Virus record (IMG/VR): IMGVR_UViG_3300005588_000005
Length of the DNA stretch: 64,000 nucleotides
Reading direction: 5' to 3' (one strand)
Source: an uncultured virus (IMG/VR IMGVR_UViG_3300005588_000005)
Lineage: Duplodnaviria > Heunggongvirae > Uroviricota > Caudoviricetes
The notes under the pieces are model-generated. The model did not search any database. It saw nothing but the letters and a program-made list of their open reading frames with translations, and was not told the DNA's origin. The translations under genes and the position numbers were made by a program. This document shows positions 39,174-49,460 of the stretch, piece after piece (the first letter of the stretch is position 1; each line of letters starts with the position of its first letter).

Positions 39174-39536
39174 TTACGCCTGGACGACAAGGTAATCAAG
39201 AGAGCACGCCGCAGTGTCAGCAATCACGTACGGCGTTGTGGTGGCGAAGTAGAAAAGCACCACCGAACTTGGCGGGATCTTGACCACGTCGTCGCCGCTG
39301 GATCCGTGACGAACTTCGATGTAATTCGTCGAATCTTCGTTGTACCCCACAAAAAGGTGGGGATCAGTGATTTCGCCAAGCTCCAACGCCTCAACAGAGG
39401 TTCCAACCGTCTGCCGATTCCTGATCGCCTTTGTGCCCGTGATCGTTAGGGTAACGCCGGCTTTTTTGAATTCGATCGGCAGTTTTCCCGTCGGGGAAAA
39501 GACCGCAGCGACCGAAGTACGCAATTCATCTGACAT
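39174..39536 (-). CDS. Small virion protein
   Basis: 120-aa beta-rich ORF in the tail module. Confidence 0.65.
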   Translation of the reverse strand: MSDELRTSVAAVFSPTGKLPIEFKKAGVTLTITGTKAIRNRQTVGTSVEALELGEITDPHLFVGYNEDSTNYIEVRHGSSGDDVVKIPPSSVVLFYFATTTPYVIADTAACSLDYLVVQA

Positions 39537-39609
39537 TTGCTCTACCTGAATGAGGATCGGACAGACTTCCGACCGTCGATTCTAGTAAAGGTTGCCGTTT
39601 GGCTCTTCT

Positions 39610-40245
39610 TTATTTTTCCCTGGCCTTCTGAGACTTCTTTGACAGCGCCTTTTCTACTGTCCAGCCTGAAGAAATACGCATGGAAATAGTGTCGGCTGGA
39701 ATCCCGGTAATTTCCGACCATTCCACCAAGGTTTTTGATTCATTTCCATGCTTTATTACCTTGGAACTTCTGCGGTTTCTGGCCTGCTCAGTCCTCGTTG
39801 CCCATCGGCAATTTTCTTTGGAATACCCGCTTTCGTTATTAATCCGATCAATACTGTGATCAGAAGAGGGGCGTTCACCCATGTCTTCAATGAAGTTCTT
39901 GAAAGAATTCCACCTTTCACAAACCCTTATTCCCCGACCTCCATAGTCACCAAAGTGATGGTTGTTCGGGTTGTTGCATCGGTTCCTCATTGCAACCCAG
40001 ATTTTGTATTCGGGTGTTTTGCTAAATGCCTTCTTCGATTTCTTTACACACCCGCAACTCTCAGACCCTCCGCTTCTGAGACCGCTTGCAAAAACAACCC
40101 TCTTGCTTCCGCAATCACAGAGGACAAACCATTTAAGAGCGTAGCCCTTTTTTCCAGCAAACCCTACTACTGTTTGTTGGCCAAATCTCTTTCCAGAAAG
40201 GTCTGTGATGTTTTTGGGAGTAGGGATAGGATATTCACCAGCCAT
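39610..40245 (-). CDS. Free-standing HNH homing endonuclease
   Basis: DLSGKRFG, CDCG, SCGC, YGGRGIRVCERW, SIDRINN..GY..ENCRWAT; visibly more AT-rich than flanks. Confidence 0.9.
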   Translation of the reverse strand: MAGEYPIPTPKNITDLSGKRFGQQTVVGFAGKKGYALKWFVLCDCGSKRVVFASGLRSGGSESCGCVKKSKKAFSKTPEYKIWVAMRNRCNNPNNHHFGDYGGRGIRVCERWNSFKNFIEDMGERPSSDHSIDRINNESGYSKENCRWATRTEQARNRRSSKVIKHGNESKTLVEWSEITGIPADTISMRISSGWTVEKALSKKSQKAREK

Positions 40246-40276
40246 GACAGGTACCTCGATTGCCTAATTGGTTAGA

Positions 40277-40308
40277 GCAGCCATGCGTTTACGACACGCA
40301 TGGCTGCT
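40277..40308. promoter_or_regulatory. Strong hairpin upstream of the HNH gene
   Basis: AGCAGCCATGCGT/ACGCATGGCTGCT perfect stem. Confidence 0.55.
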
Positions 40309-40319
40309 TGTGTTTTACC

Positions 40320-41450
40320 TCAAAAGATCTGTCCATTATACGTGACAGGCTGCTCAGCACTCGCGATTCGACGATCCCCCCAGCCGCGAATTGTGCTGTT
40401 TCGATTCCCGTTGGGTCCCACCGACTGGGAAGCCCAAAGCTGCTGATCCTGCCGAATCGATGCTATCAGACGTTCCTCGTACAACGCTTCATGCGGCCGT
40501 TGCCGGCGTTTCAGGAAAACATCCGCTTGGGCTCGGCAGGCTTCCAGGAAAAGCTCCTTGTAAAGGTCCTCGCCCGGAATCACCGAAAGATCGTCCGGCG
40601 CCTTCGCAACGCGATACGGCATTTCGATCGCGTATGCCCCGTCCGGCGATGGGTAAAACAGGATTTCGTAGCGCGTCGCCCCCTCGCCAACGTTGTCTTT
40701 GGTTCGGATTCCGAAGTAAACGGGCCGTCCAGTGGCAACGCTGCTGTTCTGCAACATCGCGCGAATGTTCGCCTCAGATCGACGGTTGATACAGGTGTGG
40801 ATGGTGTTTTCGTCCGGTTTGTACGTGATATTGCCGTCGACGCCACCGAAGTCCGCCGGCAATTCGTACGCATACGCACCGGCGATCGTGTTGATCGTCC
40901 GCGTCGGGTACATGAAAGACCACTCGTGCGCAGCCGTCTTTCCGGGAAGCGGCGGCGGAGAATAGACCCGCCGAAGCGCACCACGAACGACTTCCTTGAT
41001 CTGCTCTTTCTGTGTGGCGGTCCAACCGCTGGGATGCTGGCCGAATCCCATGTGATGACCGGTCAGGCTGAGAATGCTGTTTGATTCACCGTTGTTTTCG
41101 TCGGCTTCCCATACCGTTGCTTCGTCGGTCGGCACTCCCATCCGCTTGTCCATGTGGATGGACGATGCGAGCCGCTGCAAATAACGCTGGTACCGCGGGC
41201 CAGCAACAACGTCGTTTTCGCGCTCGTCGGCGATTGCCAGGCAACTCATCAGCAACGTCTCGGCGTGCTGAACACCGCAAACCGGATAGCGGTTCTCAAC
41301 ACTCAGAGGCGGCGGGACCTTCGAATACCGGTAATTGAGCGTGTATTCGCCGGCGGGGACCGGGTAGAGGATCAATTCCCATAACTGGTCGGAAAACCCG
41401 TCAAACTGCGATGGGCGGACTGCGGCATACTTTGGAGGCGATTCGGCCAT
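40320..41450 (-). CDS. Head-tail adaptor-like protein containing one and a half repeat units
   Basis: LILYPVPAGEY and ILFYPSPDGAY repeats; HEWSFM...YELPADF. Confidence 0.7.
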   Translation of the reverse strand: MAESPPKYAAVRPSQFDGFSDQLWELILYPVPAGEYTLNYRYSKVPPPLSVENRYPVCGVQHAETLLMSCLAIADERENDVVAGPRYQRYLQRLASSIHMDKRMGVPTDEATVWEADENNGESNSILSLTGHHMGFGQHPSGWTATQKEQIKEVVRGALRRVYSPPPLPGKTAAHEWSFMYPTRTINTIAGAYAYELPADFGGVDGNITYKPDENTIHTCINRRSEANIRAMLQNSSVATGRPVYFGIRTKDNVGEGATRYEILFYPSPDGAYAIEMPYRVAKAPDDLSVIPGEDLYKELFLEACRAQADVFLKRRQRPHEALYEERLIASIRQDQQLWASQSVGPNGNRNSTIRGWGDRRIASAEQPVTYNGQIF

Positions 41451-41453
41451 GGT

Positions 41454-43328
41454 TTATCCCTTGATTACCCTGTGAGTGATTCGAACACCTGTCTTGGCTG
41501 AGGCTGTTTGAGCCACGATGTTGTTTGATCCGTCTTGGCTCCAAGTGACGAGACTTCCCTTGTTCTCGCCAACTTCGATCGAGGCAGATGCGACGCTGGC
41601 ATTCCGGAAACCGATCAGCGCACGAGACAAGACACTTGCATCGGCACTTTTTAGAGTGACTTCCAATGTCGTGTTGATCGTCACGATGCCAACAGGGACG
41701 ACGATTGAATCCACGCCAGCAGCGAAATCAACCTGATCCCACTCGCCGTTGACAATCACACCAGCATCCGGATCCGAAGGCTGTCCATAGCCGCCGGTGT
41801 AGCTGATGAACCGGCAATTCGGTGGGCGCGTCGCTGTCTCGTAATTGGGACCTGTTCGGATCGCGTACCCAATGGGGTTCCCGGACTGGTTTGCGCCCTC
41901 AACGCCAATGTCCTCAATCGTCAGGTTCAAGCAGAAACTGTCGTTGATGTAGACCAGCGAATTGTCATCGTTCCTCGTGTTTCCACGAAGGTCGTGAATC
42001 CGGCTGTCGTACAGGCTTGCACCTTGAATCTCGACAATCGATCCATCGTTTGTGCTCGTTGCCGACGTGCCGATCGTGATTCGACCAATCGTCGTACGGG
42101 CAAACGAGTTTCCTGATACGCCGCCATCCACGTCAGCAATCGGGAGCACTTCGACCCATGCCGATGTCTGATACTGACGAATCGCGTCGTCGGTCGTGCT
42201 CCAATACCAATCCAGGTCGCTCGGGCTTCCCGGGTCTGAGCTAAGCTCGCCCTGGTATTGGTCGATCGGAAGGTTTTGCCCTTGCTGGTTCAGAATGTAA
42301 GCCCAAGATTCTTCACGACCAAAGCATCCCACGATGTGTTCGCATGACCGACCAAACATCGGGATTGAAGACGAACCGACCGAATTATTCTCCGCCCACG
42401 TCCTCCAAATCATCAAGAGGACACCGTACTCGAAAACGTCGACTTCCATCGGATGGATGTAACTGCCGCGAATGTCGCGCCCCGCAATGAACCATCGACT
42501 GTCCGTTGTGTTTGCTCCCGTCGCGTGACCGCCTTGCCAGATGAAACGACGTTCGGACAAACTGTATCCTTCAAACAGAAAGATGCCTTTGCCTGTCCCG
42601 CTGTGAATGAAGTTGGCGCCTTCCGCATCGAACCACAAATCGCACTCGACTTTGGCAAAGTTCCCGACTGCACTGTAGTGGGAAATCCTGTCAATCTCGT
42701 CGAGAAGATACTTGCGTCGCATCTTGATGGTGACAGATCCCGTGATATTCCCACGGTCGATCGCCGCAGCAATCATCGATTCGAATGCAGCGGTGTCGTT
42801 CGTCGTCCCATCCCCGGCAGCACCGTAGTTCTCGGGGTAGAACACGTCGTCGGTCGGATCGTACGTCGCCTGGACGATCGGAGTCGTCGGGATAACGCCT
42901 TTGGTCGCCACAGCAAGCAGATTCGTCAGATGCCGCTCTGAAACGATCGAGACGCGACCCTCCCCCGATTCGATAATCAGATCGCTCTGATTCCCTGCAA
43001 ATCCTTCAGGGAGCATGTAAAGCTTGTTTCCCCAGTTGGTGACAATCTCGCCACTCTGCTGCAGGAAGGACCAATCGTGCGGTTTCCGCCGGCGCGCGTC
43101 CTTCCCCTTTTCGCCGGAATCGCTTTCAGGATCCATCGGCGATTCGGTGAACGCATCGTACAGGAACTGCGAATAACCCGACTGGACGATCGCATCGGCA
43201 CGATCAAGCTCGTCCTGCGTCCAGCTGTTGAATGCCCGGCCGAAACCAAGGTAGTTCCCCACCTCCTGCAAGAGCCAAAGGTATGTCCCAGGTTCAACAG
43301 ATCCGGTCCAGATTTGAGGCATTTCCAC
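41454..43328 (-). CDS. Adaptor half-domain fused to a tailspike/pectate-lyase-like domain
   Basis: N-terminal HDWSFL...YMLPEGF; then NYGAAGDGTTNDTAAF. Confidence 0.7.
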   Translation of the reverse strand: MEMPQIWTGSVEPGTYLWLLQEVGNYLGFGRAFNSWTQDELDRADAIVQSGYSQFLYDAFTESPMDPESDSGEKGKDARRRKPHDWSFLQQSGEIVTNWGNKLYMLPEGFAGNQSDLIIESGEGRVSIVSERHLTNLLAVATKGVIPTTPIVQATYDPTDDVFYPENYGAAGDGTTNDTAAFESMIAAAIDRGNITGSVTIKMRRKYLLDEIDRISHYSAVGNFAKVECDLWFDAEGANFIHSGTGKGIFLFEGYSLSERRFIWQGGHATGANTTDSRWFIAGRDIRGSYIHPMEVDVFEYGVLLMIWRTWAENNSVGSSSIPMFGRSCEHIVGCFGREESWAYILNQQGQNLPIDQYQGELSSDPGSPSDLDWYWSTTDDAIRQYQTSAWVEVLPIADVDGGVSGNSFARTTIGRITIGTSATSTNDGSIVEIQGASLYDSRIHDLRGNTRNDDNSLVYINDSFCLNLTIEDIGVEGANQSGNPIGYAIRTGPNYETATRPPNCRFISYTGGYGQPSDPDAGVIVNGEWDQVDFAAGVDSIVVPVGIVTINTTLEVTLKSADASVLSRALIGFRNASVASASIEVGENKGSLVTWSQDGSNNIVAQTASAKTGVRITHRVIKG

Positions 43329-43400
43329 GACTCACGAATTGGGTAATTTGCAAACTACCCAAAATCATAGCATCGTTGCGAAAATGACGATAACTACGTT

Positions 43401-44612
43401 TTACCGACACGCTTCTCGGCAAACTTCACGCAGCGGACTGGCCGCGGGGATGCCCTGCGCAGCCGAAATGTTCCCGTAGTCAAGAAAACGAAGCTGCTCG
43501 TGCGTCGCAAGCCCATCGTAAAACACCGCGTTTGACATTCGGCCGGTGTAGTAGGTCGCGTTCCCGCGAGATCCGATTGTGATCGGGGCGGTCGTGTTCT
43601 CGATTGCGGTAAACGTCCCGGATGTCGTGTCTGCACCGTCACGACGCACTTCGTCGACGTAGATGCTCATCGTCCCGTTGTTGTAATAGCAAGTGATCTT
43701 TTGCCACTGGCCAGTGACGATCGAGTCGGACGACGTGACGCGCCCTTTGTAGGCACCTGCCGAATCGTCAACAACGCGAAAGGTCACTCGCCCGGACGTG
43801 TCAAGGAAAACGTACCACTCACCAGCCGTTGCGCTCGTCGCCTTGCTGAACAATCCGCAGGCCGTCAGTGTGTCGCAATAGATCCAGAGCGAGACTGTGA
43901 ATTGGTTCCCGGTGACAAAGTCATCGGAGTCCGCGATCGTGACGTCTTCCGTTCCGTCAACTTCAAGAGCATTGGCCAGGTAACTTGTTGGCCCGGGCTG
44001 TGCAAGGGTTCCGCTGCTCAACGTCCCTTCGTTGTTGAACGTCGAGTAATCTTTGATCGCCGTGCCTGACTCTTCAGTCATTTGCCAGATACCAAGATAG
44101 TCGGTATCGGCTAGCTGATTATTGAACCCAGTATTGGCACTTGTACGAGATCCGGAAACAGCGATGTCGCGAGCAACTGTGTTCGAATCGTCGTCGCCAT
44201 CGTTGATCGTGAAACTGATTTCGCGAGTCCCGCCGACTGCCGTGTAATCAGTGTCGAAAGTGATCGACCGCAAAGCCGTTTGGTAGTTGGCCTTTGTTGC
44301 TGATCCGGAAAGAGACAGGATCCCCGTTGACGCATTCCAGCTTCCTGTGATCCCGTTTGCATCAACGAACGCAAGAACGTCCTCGCCATTGATATAACCA
44401 TCGGAAATCTCCACTTCCGCCGAATCGATACTTGAGTCGTCCGAGTCGGCGACAGTGATTGCCGAAGTGATTGCCGTTGGTCCGTCACCCTCCGCGAAAG
44501 CCAATTCCGATCCTTCAATATCGGCTAGGACGGGTGGAACGTTTGGTGATGGGGACGATAGGGGAATGACTCCCCGACTTACCCCCATCAAGCCTAAGGT
44601 TGTCGTTGTCAT
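43401..44612 (-). CDS. Virion protein with cadherin-like repeat and LamG/concanavalin-like domain
   Basis: LSLSGSATKANYQTALRSITF; FTVSLWI, GQWQKI, IYVDE, ITIGSR. Confidence 0.8.
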   Translation of the reverse strand: MTTTTLGLMGVSRGVIPLSSPSPNVPPVLADIEGSELAFAEGDGPTAITSAITVADSDDSSIDSAEVEISDGYINGEDVLAFVDANGITGSWNASTGILSLSGSATKANYQTALRSITFDTDYTAVGGTREISFTINDGDDDSNTVARDIAVSGSRTSANTGFNNQLADTDYLGIWQMTEESGTAIKDYSTFNNEGTLSSGTLAQPGPTSYLANALEVDGTEDVTIADSDDFVTGNQFTVSLWIYCDTLTACGLFSKATSATAGEWYVFLDTSGRVTFRVVDDSAGAYKGRVTSSDSIVTGQWQKITCYYNNGTMSIYVDEVRRDGADTTSGTFTAIENTTAPITIGSRGNATYYTGRMSNAVFYDGLATHEQLRFLDYGNISAAQGIPAASPLREVCREACR

Positions 44613-45637
44613 TAAACCACCACGAAAGTATCAGCGTTTGCCGGAGCTGTTGCAATTACATCGTACGTGATCGTTCCGCCAGACGACGCGTAATCGGTAA
44701 TCGTCGATCGCTGGCCCGCTGCTGTGCCGCTCTTCCAAACCACCGTCGCGCCGATCAGTTCGTCGTCTGCGTACCCAGTGAGGTCGGTTGTCATCACTGT
44801 TGTACTGAGCGTTCCAGTAACGGCTGAACCTCTAATGATTGCGTCTGCCGCTGCCGCCAAATTGGTGACTGGCGATGTTTCCCCGTCCATCTGCGTCATG
44901 TTAGCGTCGACCGGCGTTGTTGACTCAGGAATCGCGATGATCGTGACTTTGTCTGACGTGGTCGGGGCTTCTGCACCGAATGGCGCCTCCTCCAAGTTGA
45001 GCGTTGGACCGCTGGCGACATACGAACAGGCAACAGCTTTCGTATTGTTGCTGTCGCTGGCGTTCGACAAAATCGCGATTCCGGACGCAATGTCGTAGGC
45101 TGGACCGCCACTGATCGTCAGACTCGTGCTTGATCCCACAGCAGAAATCGATGCTTCGATGACGGCATAACCGTACTTTTTTAGAAGCCCAAGATCGGAC
45201 GAAAGCCCTCCAGCAGCCGTTGCTGCAAAGTTTGGAATACCTGTCGGGCTACCGAGTCCTCGAATCGGATCAGATAGCTGAATTTCTAAGGTCAGCGGTG
45301 CCATGTTTGCAGCACCGCCAAGTGTCACCACGACGTATTCCGCGCCAGTGGCGAAAAGGGCGTTATCAAAATGCAATTCATACGTTCCAGTCCGCATGTT
45401 TGCAGGCGTGCCGATACGGACTTTTCCCGATGCTGATGGCGCTTGATAGGTGCCTTCGGTTGTCACGTCTTCATCAACAGCCAGGGCAACGCCGGTGCTG
45501 CCTTCTCGCACGAAACCGCCAACGATGGATGACGACTCATCGAGCGAGCCAAGACCAGAACCATCCGTTGCGGACGAGTCCTGAATGAAGACGGTGACGA
45601 TTCGGCTCGTCGAACCTTTTGGGATTACAAGTTTCAT
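44612..45637 (-). CDS. Virion structural protein
   Basis: 341 aa, A/T/G/S-rich; GQRSTITDY. Confidence 0.65.
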   Translation of the reverse strand: MKLVIPKGSTSRIVTVFIQDSSATDGSGLGSLDESSSIVGGFVREGSTGVALAVDEDVTTEGTYQAPSASGKVRIGTPANMRTGTYELHFDNALFATGAEYVVVTLGGAANMAPLTLEIQLSDPIRGLGSPTGIPNFAATAAGGLSSDLGLLKKYGYAVIEASISAVGSSTSLTISGGPAYDIASGIAILSNASDSNNTKAVACSYVASGPTLNLEEAPFGAEAPTTSDKVTIIAIPESTTPVDANMTQMDGETSPVTNLAAAADAIIRGSAVTGTLSTTVMTTDLTGYADDELIGATVVWKSGTAAGQRSTITDYASSGGTITYDVIATAPANADTFVVV

Positions 45638-45643
45638 TGTTTC

Positions 45644-46753
45644 CTATCCTCGCATTCCACCGGACATTCCCGGATGTGTTAAGAGTCCGCCGCCGGTAGC
45701 AGGAGAAACCGCGCCAATGTTTTCACCGGCCAGGCTGGCACCAACCAGCGGAGAAAGGCTCGACGGCGTAAAGTCACTGTTGCCTGGGTCCGCAAACAAC
45801 GGATCACCTGTCTGGTTTGCGAAACCCGGCATTGAAGCGAAGTTTGTTGCTGCCGTCGTGTTTCCATTTGTGTGGTTGTTGCTAGCCGTTTGAGGCAGCC
45901 CGACTCCGTTGATTCCGTATCCGCCACTGTTTGCCAAACTGTTTCCGTGTAGCTGAATTACTGCGCCGGTAACCCATGTTATTGCATCTGCACCATTGCC
46001 GTAGATCGTGTTTTGCAAAATCCTCAGTCGGTCCGTTGCTCCGGGGATTTCGATTCCTGATCCGGTGTTGCCATAGATCCGGTTGGCCAAAATCGTTGTT
46101 CCGATACCGGCAGTGTAGATACCGTCACCCCCGTTATCATGAATGTCGTTCGCTTGGATCAAACTATAGGAGAACCTTGAACTCGCTGTTGATTGAGCAG
46201 CTAGTCCAGAGCCTGTGTTTCCATCGATTTCGCAGGCGAGGAAGTTCAGCCCAAATGCAGATGACCCACGAACGTTTGCGCCATCACCGCCATTGTTCCT
46301 TACTCGGCATCCGATCATTGATGACCCAAGGCCATCGTCGGAAACCGTGGCGTCGATTCCGTGACTCGTTGTATTGCTGTTGCCGTCGAAGTCGATAAAT
46401 CGAAATTCGCAATATTGCCCACCACTTGCACCACCGAAGTTCAACACGTTTGCGATACTAGCAGTTGCTTGGATGTGATAACGAGTGCCATCAGTGTGTG
46501 CATCACCGCTTGAATCTGCCGCTTCGTAAATGATTGATGACGATGCGGTGCCGTTTTGTGTGTCTGCGTCAATTACAGCAGTGATTGACTCAGTTCCTGT
46601 CGTCATCAATCGAACATTATCGCCAGCGATAGCGTTATCAAGAGCGTGCTGAAATGTGGCCCACGGTCCCACGCCGCCGCCCTCATCTGTTGGGGCGGTG
46701 CCGTCAAGTGTGCCATCGTTACCACTTACTGGGTCGACATAGTAGATTGTCAT
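45644..46753 (-). CDS. Right-handed beta-helix protein (tailspike-like)
   Basis: YYVDPVSGND...PWATFQHA; repeated NNGGDG / GNTGSG; GDPLFADP. Confidence 0.8.
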   Translation of the reverse strand: MTIYYVDPVSGNDGTLDGTAPTDEGGGVGPWATFQHALDNAIAGDNVRLMTTGTESITAVIDADTQNGTASSSIIYEAADSSGDAHTDGTRYHIQATASIANVLNFGGASGGQYCEFRFIDFDGNSNTTSHGIDATVSDDGLGSSMIGCRVRNNGGDGANVRGSSAFGLNFLACEIDGNTGSGLAAQSTASSRFSYSLIQANDIHDNGGDGIYTAGIGTTILANRIYGNTGSGIEIPGATDRLRILQNTIYGNGADAITWVTGAVIQLHGNSLANSGGYGINGVGLPQTASNNHTNGNTTAATNFASMPGFANQTGDPLFADPGNSDFTPSSLSPLVGASLAGENIGAVSPATGGGLLTHPGMSGGMRG

Positions 46754-46879
46754 TCAAGCGGCCCCCGCGTCAGCGACAACGTTGTCGATGGCAAACTTAG
46801 TAGTGGCCCAAGCGTTTGCGAATGAGAGCCCGTCATTGCCGTTACTGCCACTTACTGGGTCGACATAGTAGATTTTCAT
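46754..46879 (-). pseudogene. 41-aa truncated paralogue of the downstream beta-helix N-terminus
   Basis: Hand translation MKIYYVDPVSGSNGNDGLSFANAWATTKFAIDNVVADAGAA*; 27-bp exact repeat shared with the downstream gene start. Confidence 0.7.
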
Positions 46880-49101
46880 CCTACAGTTGCTCCTTCGGTA
46901 ACACCGTTGAACGTACCGGGTATTATCCAGCTCACGCCGACCCGACTAGCGGAATCCTTGACGTGGCAATTTTCAAACGAGACTTCCGATAACGGAACGG
47001 TTGTGCCCGATTCTCCAAATGCGATGTTTTCGAACAAGCATCCTTCGCAATGCACGTCGGTATATGTCGCGTTTCCCGTTCCGTCTGGATTGAAGTTCAA
47101 CCACCAGTTCCCTTGCCCAGACTCACTTTTGTCGGTGAACGTTGACCAGTGGAGTAGGTGGTTGTTGCCAGTCATGTTGAATGAACACTGTCCGCCACGA
47201 CTCATTACATAATCTAGCACGCCGATAGAGTTGCAACGCGATGCAGTGCTACCAACGGACTCGAAAAACAGACCTTGAGTTGACGTGTAAGATGTTGACC
47301 CGAGTGCCAGACTGTAGATCAGATAATTTTCTAGCACCGAATTGGTTGAAAACTGCCACGCATCTGTATGTGTCCCACCGATAGGCGACGTGTCTTCAAT
47401 CACACCGCCAAGTAGCCGGATAGATTGAATGTCCTGGATGTCTGACACAGTGGCCCCGAAAATTGCTGTGGCGCCGTTGATTGTTTCGAACGACGCAAGC
47501 GAACCGCCGAGGACAAAGATTTCGTCGCTGGCTCCCCAGTCGGACGCCGAGAAGAAATTTGAGTCAGTGTCTTTCTTTCCTGCACCTGAAACAGCACAAC
47601 CGATAAAACCTAAAAGCGATGACTCATCAGAGAAAGCAGAGCCAAACGTGAACCCTGGCATTTTAATTGTGCAGCTGTCGAACAGCGTCCTCTGTGACCG
47701 CAAGCCTGACGTTTCAAACTCAAACAGTAGAAACTTTGGGTGCCCTTCGTCAGATTCGTTTAGGTCAATGGACGACTCCACCCAGAACGTCTTGTCGATG
47801 TCGTCATCTGTGTCGACGATGGTGACTACATAGGTTGCACCATCGCCAGTGATTGCTTCGATTTCCGTCTTCAATGCGGAGCACGTTTTTGTCGCAGCGT
47901 CAGCTATTGCTGTCCCGCTCCCGTTGCGAGTGAAAGTCAATGTGTCAGCGGTTCGATCATACTGCATCGTCGATGTCTCGCCACTTCCAGCTGCCGAAGT
48001 ATCTTCGACGATGAGGGATCCGGCGATGATCGGGCAGTCCCCCGTCGCGACTCCCGTGTCTGGCTGGATCACATAGGGCACAACCGTAATGTCTCGTCGT
48101 GCCGCCGAGACTGTTGTCTTAGTTAATCCTCCCGGCGTGTATGTGCCAGCTTTCAGCCAGACATAGCCTCCGCCATCTTCGCCAGCCAGCCAGCCCGAAA
48201 GGTCGCAAGCATTCATTGCAGCTTTCAGCGTTTCAAACGGATTCGCCGCTGCGGTTGCCTTTGTTGTGCTGGCGACTCCTGTGCCGTCGTTACCACTAGC
48301 TGAATCAACCACCACATGCGGGATCGGAATTGTCCCGCCTTCATTAATGATCACTTCAAAGCCGGACAACACACGCTCTACCCCATCCGCATTGGGAGTA
48401 GCCTTGAATCGAATCTCAGCAGGTCCATCAGACTCGCCAGACCAGTCGTCGGCGTCAACGTGAAACCAATACCCCCACGCACCGACACCGCTCCCGTAAA
48501 TGTCCGGGTTATACGTCAGCCCTGGCGTCGTCGCTGTTGTGCCGCCTTCGCACGCTGCCGTCACCGTGTCAATTCCGTTGGCGTGAATTGCAATGATCCC
48601 TACAGACTCGATTCCAGTCGTGTGAATCAATGCCCTTGATGGGCAAAGGGGTCGTGCAATCGGTTTGGTTGTGCCGAAGCTGCCGCCACTTGACCCAACT
48701 TGTGATTCTGACCAAGCACCACTGAAACCAGAGCCTAGCGTGCCGTCGTAGTTCGTGTGCGGTGGCAATGTTGGAATCGCTGACAAACTCGCTGTTGATC
48801 GTGCCGAGTTATCGAGACCTGCCGACTTCTCAGACAGTGTTCTCGCAAGCGAGTAATTTGCAATTCCCAAAGCTACCGCAGTATCTTGCGAGTCAATTGT
48901 TTCTGCATCTACCGCTGATTCCCAAGCTCTCTGTTCGCTTGCTGTAAGCCCGTGTTTTCGTGCAGCAAGAACGATGTCACACTTGGCTTTCCACTTTCGC
49001 CACTCTGCGGTAGTAGATCCATCTGGCGTAGCCGCGACAGACAGCGCCGGCAACGCACCGGTGCTCCCTCGTCGTCGTCTTGTTGCGAGTGCGTAATACA
49101 T
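46876..49101 (-). CDS. Large tailspike/receptor-binding-like protein
   Basis: 741 aa; VVDSASGNDG...NPFETLKAA, LKAGTY, HTDAWQ (beta-helix-type motifs). Confidence 0.65.
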   Translation of the reverse strand: MYYALATRRRRGSTGALPALSVAATPDGSTTAEWRKWKAKCDIVLAARKHGLTASEQRAWESAVDAETIDSQDTAVALGIANYSLARTLSEKSAGLDNSARSTASLSAIPTLPPHTNYDGTLGSGFSGAWSESQVGSSGGSFGTTKPIARPLCPSRALIHTTGIESVGIIAIHANGIDTVTAACEGGTTATTPGLTYNPDIYGSGVGAWGYWFHVDADDWSGESDGPAEIRFKATPNADGVERVLSGFEVIINEGGTIPIPHVVVDSASGNDGTGVASTTKATAAANPFETLKAAMNACDLSGWLAGEDGGGYVWLKAGTYTPGGLTKTTVSAARRDITVVPYVIQPDTGVATGDCPIIAGSLIVEDTSAAGSGETSTMQYDRTADTLTFTRNGSGTAIADAATKTCSALKTEIEAITGDGATYVVTIVDTDDDIDKTFWVESSIDLNESDEGHPKFLLFEFETSGLRSQRTLFDSCTIKMPGFTFGSAFSDESSLLGFIGCAVSGAGKKDTDSNFFSASDWGASDEIFVLGGSLASFETINGATAIFGATVSDIQDIQSIRLLGGVIEDTSPIGGTHTDAWQFSTNSVLENYLIYSLALGSTSYTSTQGLFFESVGSTASRCNSIGVLDYVMSRGGQCSFNMTGNNHLLHWSTFTDKSESGQGNWWLNFNPDGTGNATYTDVHCEGCLFENIAFGESGTTVPLSEVSFENCHVKDSASRVGVSWIIPGTFNGVTEGATVG

Positions 49102-49133
49102 ATCAGTGTTTGGCCCATGACCAGAGCGAGCGG

Positions 49134-49445
49134 TTAGTTCGAGGATTCCAAAACCGAAAACTCAATCGTACCACTGACCGAAGTCGCTGAAAAACCAAAA
49201 ACACCACCGCCGGAAATCTCGAAGACTTTGTCGGCCGTCAGGCTTCCCGCGTACCCTCCGGATCCATCTGGAACGTTGACAGTGATCAGATTGTCCTCGT
49301 CGACCCCCATCTTTGCGACAAGAGTCCCGGCCGCGCCCGAACCGTACTTGACGATGATCTTGCAAGCACGGGGCGGGAGTTCGATGACGTCAGATTGTCC
49401 ATCCGCTGCGATCTGGACTTTGTTCGTGTCGTTGACAGTTGCCAC
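49134..49445 (-). CDS. Small virion protein
   Basis: 103 aa beta-rich; GAGG RBS. Confidence 0.65.
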   Translation of the reverse strand: MATVNDTNKVQIAADGQSDVIELPPRACKIIVKYGSGAAGTLVAKMGVDEDNLITVNVPDGSGGYAGSLTADKVFEISGGGVFGFSATSVSGTIEFSVLESSN

Positions 49446-49460
49446 GGTCAGAACCTCGTT

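Noticed and set aside
46754..46756. TGA recoding suggested by the in-frame TGA-ATG junction
   Set aside because: Many genes end in TGA with ATGA/TGATG coupling and long genes are intact under the standard code
43401..49101. Diversity-generating retroelement acting on tail genes
   Set aside because: No reverse transcriptase and no template/variable repeat pair with A-specific mismatches seen
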